Source: Mobula hypostoma
Taxonomy: Eukaryota
Length of the DNA: 64,000 nt
Direction: 5' to 3'
Assembly: GCF_963921235.1 (NCBI RefSeq)
Contig: NC_086107.1
Location: forward strand, 114,268,001 to 114,332,000
Shown: piece after piece, positions 62,601-64,000 of the stretch
Position numbering within the stretch: position 1 is the stretch's first letter
Layout: each line of letters begins with the position of its first letter
Translations under genes and position numbers: made by a program
The notes under the pieces: model-generated
What the model was told of the DNA's origin: nothing
Database searches by the model: none
What the model saw: only the letters and a program-made list of their open reading frames with translations

Positions 62601-62797
62601 TAGCTAGAGAAATAGAAAGAGAGAGATAGATAGATAAAGATAGACAGAGAGATAGATATAGATAGAAATAGAGAGAGGGTGAGATGGATAGAGAGAGTGA
62701 TAAAGATAGATGAAAGAGGGGGTGGAGAGAGATGAGGGTCTGGGGGAGTGAAGGAGGGTCCGTACATGAACTGACAGAGTTTCTGAAACTCTCTCAG

Positions 62798-62960
62798 GTT
62801 GCAGGCGGGAAGACCCTAGTCACGTGCTCGCTCCGCCCCACAGGAATCTACGGAGAGGGTAACCCCATCATGGCAAAGGTGTATCAGATGATTATGAGCT
62901 TCGGCGGCTGGAGGCTGCGGCTGGCAGGGAAGGGGGTGGAGCACGCGAGAGTTTACGTGG
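62798..62960 (+). CDS. hsd3b7: hsd3b7 coding exon 5 (gene continues beyond window)
   Basis: CTCAG acceptor; VAGGKTLVTCSLRPTGIYGEGNPIMAKVYQMIMSFGGWRLRLAGKGVEHARVYV(G); donor G|GTGAGT; 163 nt. The five exons splice into one open frame of 685 nt. Confidence 0.95.
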
Positions 62961-63121
62961 GTGAGTACTGGCCGATCAGGGAAACCCTGTCCTGTGCCCC
63001 GCCTCTGACTCACCATTCTTCCCCCCCCCCCCACTCCCGGGAGCAGGCTTCAACATCGTCCTCTTCCCCACTCCCCCGGGACTGGGTGTCAGACACACCA
63101 TCTCCTCGGGGCCCCTGAGAA

Positions 63122-63931
63122 AGGCAATGATCCCATCTCTGCCCTCTCGGCCCACAGGCAATGATCCCATCTTTGTCCTCTCTGCCCACAGGCAATGACC
63201 CATCTCTGCCCTCTCTGCCCACAGGCAATGATCCCATCTTTGCCCTCTCTGCCCACAGGCAATGACCTATCTCTGCCCTCTCTGCCCACAGGCAATGACC
63301 CATCTCTGCCAACAGGCAATGACCCATCTCTGCCCTCTCTGCCCAAAGGCAATGATCCCATCTTTGCCCTCTCTGCCCACAGGCAATGACCCATCTCTGC
63401 CCTCTCTGCCCAAAGGCAATGATCCCATCTTTGCCCTCTCTGCCCACAGGCAATGACCTATCTCTGCCCACAGGCAATGACCCATCTCTGCCAACAGGCA
63501 ATGACCCATCTCTGCCTTCTCTGCCCAAAGGCAATGATCCCATCTTTGCCCTCTCTGCCCACAGGCAATGACCCATCTCTGCCCACAGACAATGACCCAT
63601 CTCTGCCAACAGGCAATGACCCATCTCTGCCCTCTCTGCCCACAGGCAATGACTCATCTCTGCCCTCTCTGCCCAAAGGCAATGATCCCATCTCTGCCCT
63701 CTCTGCCCACAGGCAATGACCCATCTCTGCCAACAGGCAATGACCCATCTCTGCCCCCTCTGCCCACAGGCAATGATCCCACCTCTGCCCTCTCTGCCAC
63801 AGGCAATGACCCATCTCTGCCCACAGGCAATGATCCCATCTCTGCCCTCTCTGCCCACAGGCAATGATCCCACCTCTGCCCTCTCTGCCCACAGGCAATG
63901 ACCCATCTCTGCCCTCTCTGCCCACAGGCAA
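63122..63931. repeat. Compound minisatellite in intron 5 (33/34-bp and 24-bp units)
   Basis: AGGCAATGA(T)CCCATCTCTGCCCTCTCTGCCCAC alternates with AGGCAATGACCCATCTCTGCCAAC. Confidence 0.95.
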
Positions 63932-64000
63932 CGTTGCGTGGATGCACGTGCTGGCAGCCCGCGCCCTCCAGCAGACACCCGCCATTGTGGGCGGTGAGGT

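Noticed and set aside
11474..62960. Assignment to HSD3B1/2, NSDHL or SDR42E1
   Set aside because: [33 protein letters not shown] and the exon pattern fit HSD3B7 better; a phylogeny would confirm.
63010..63985. 322-aa and other periodic ORFs
   Set aside because: Compound minisatellite; no splice or homology support.

Overview
Repeat-dense vertebrate genomic DNA, probably from a cartilaginous fish (inferred from the mix of CR1, Rex1, Penelope and V-SINE repeats). One host gene is visible: the first five coding exons of hsd3b7 (3-beta-hydroxy-delta5-C27-steroid oxidoreductase, + strand; 11474-11630, 52997-53152, 57585-57693, 59451-59550, 62798-62960). The last exon lies beyond the window and intron 1 is 41.4 kb. 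Nearly all other sequence is nested mobile DNA. It includes a 10.25-kb hAT transposon with a perfect 8-bp target-site duplication (TSD) ending 343 bp upstream of the ATG, a second hAT family in three copies, CR1/Rex1/RTE/Vingi-like/Tx1-like LINE pieces, Penelope-like elements carrying hammerhead-ribozyme motifs, two heavily deleted endogenous retrovirus (ERV) relics and three minisatellites. The most unusual structure is 14548-20398: a circularly permuted copy of the upstream segment 4911-9313 sits between two hAT copies whose TSDs are swapped, as expected from circle re-integration or template switching. No intact novel protein-coding system was found; the long ORFs in the track come from transposons or tandem repeats. 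Repeat boundaries are approximate unless a TSD or splice site is quoted.
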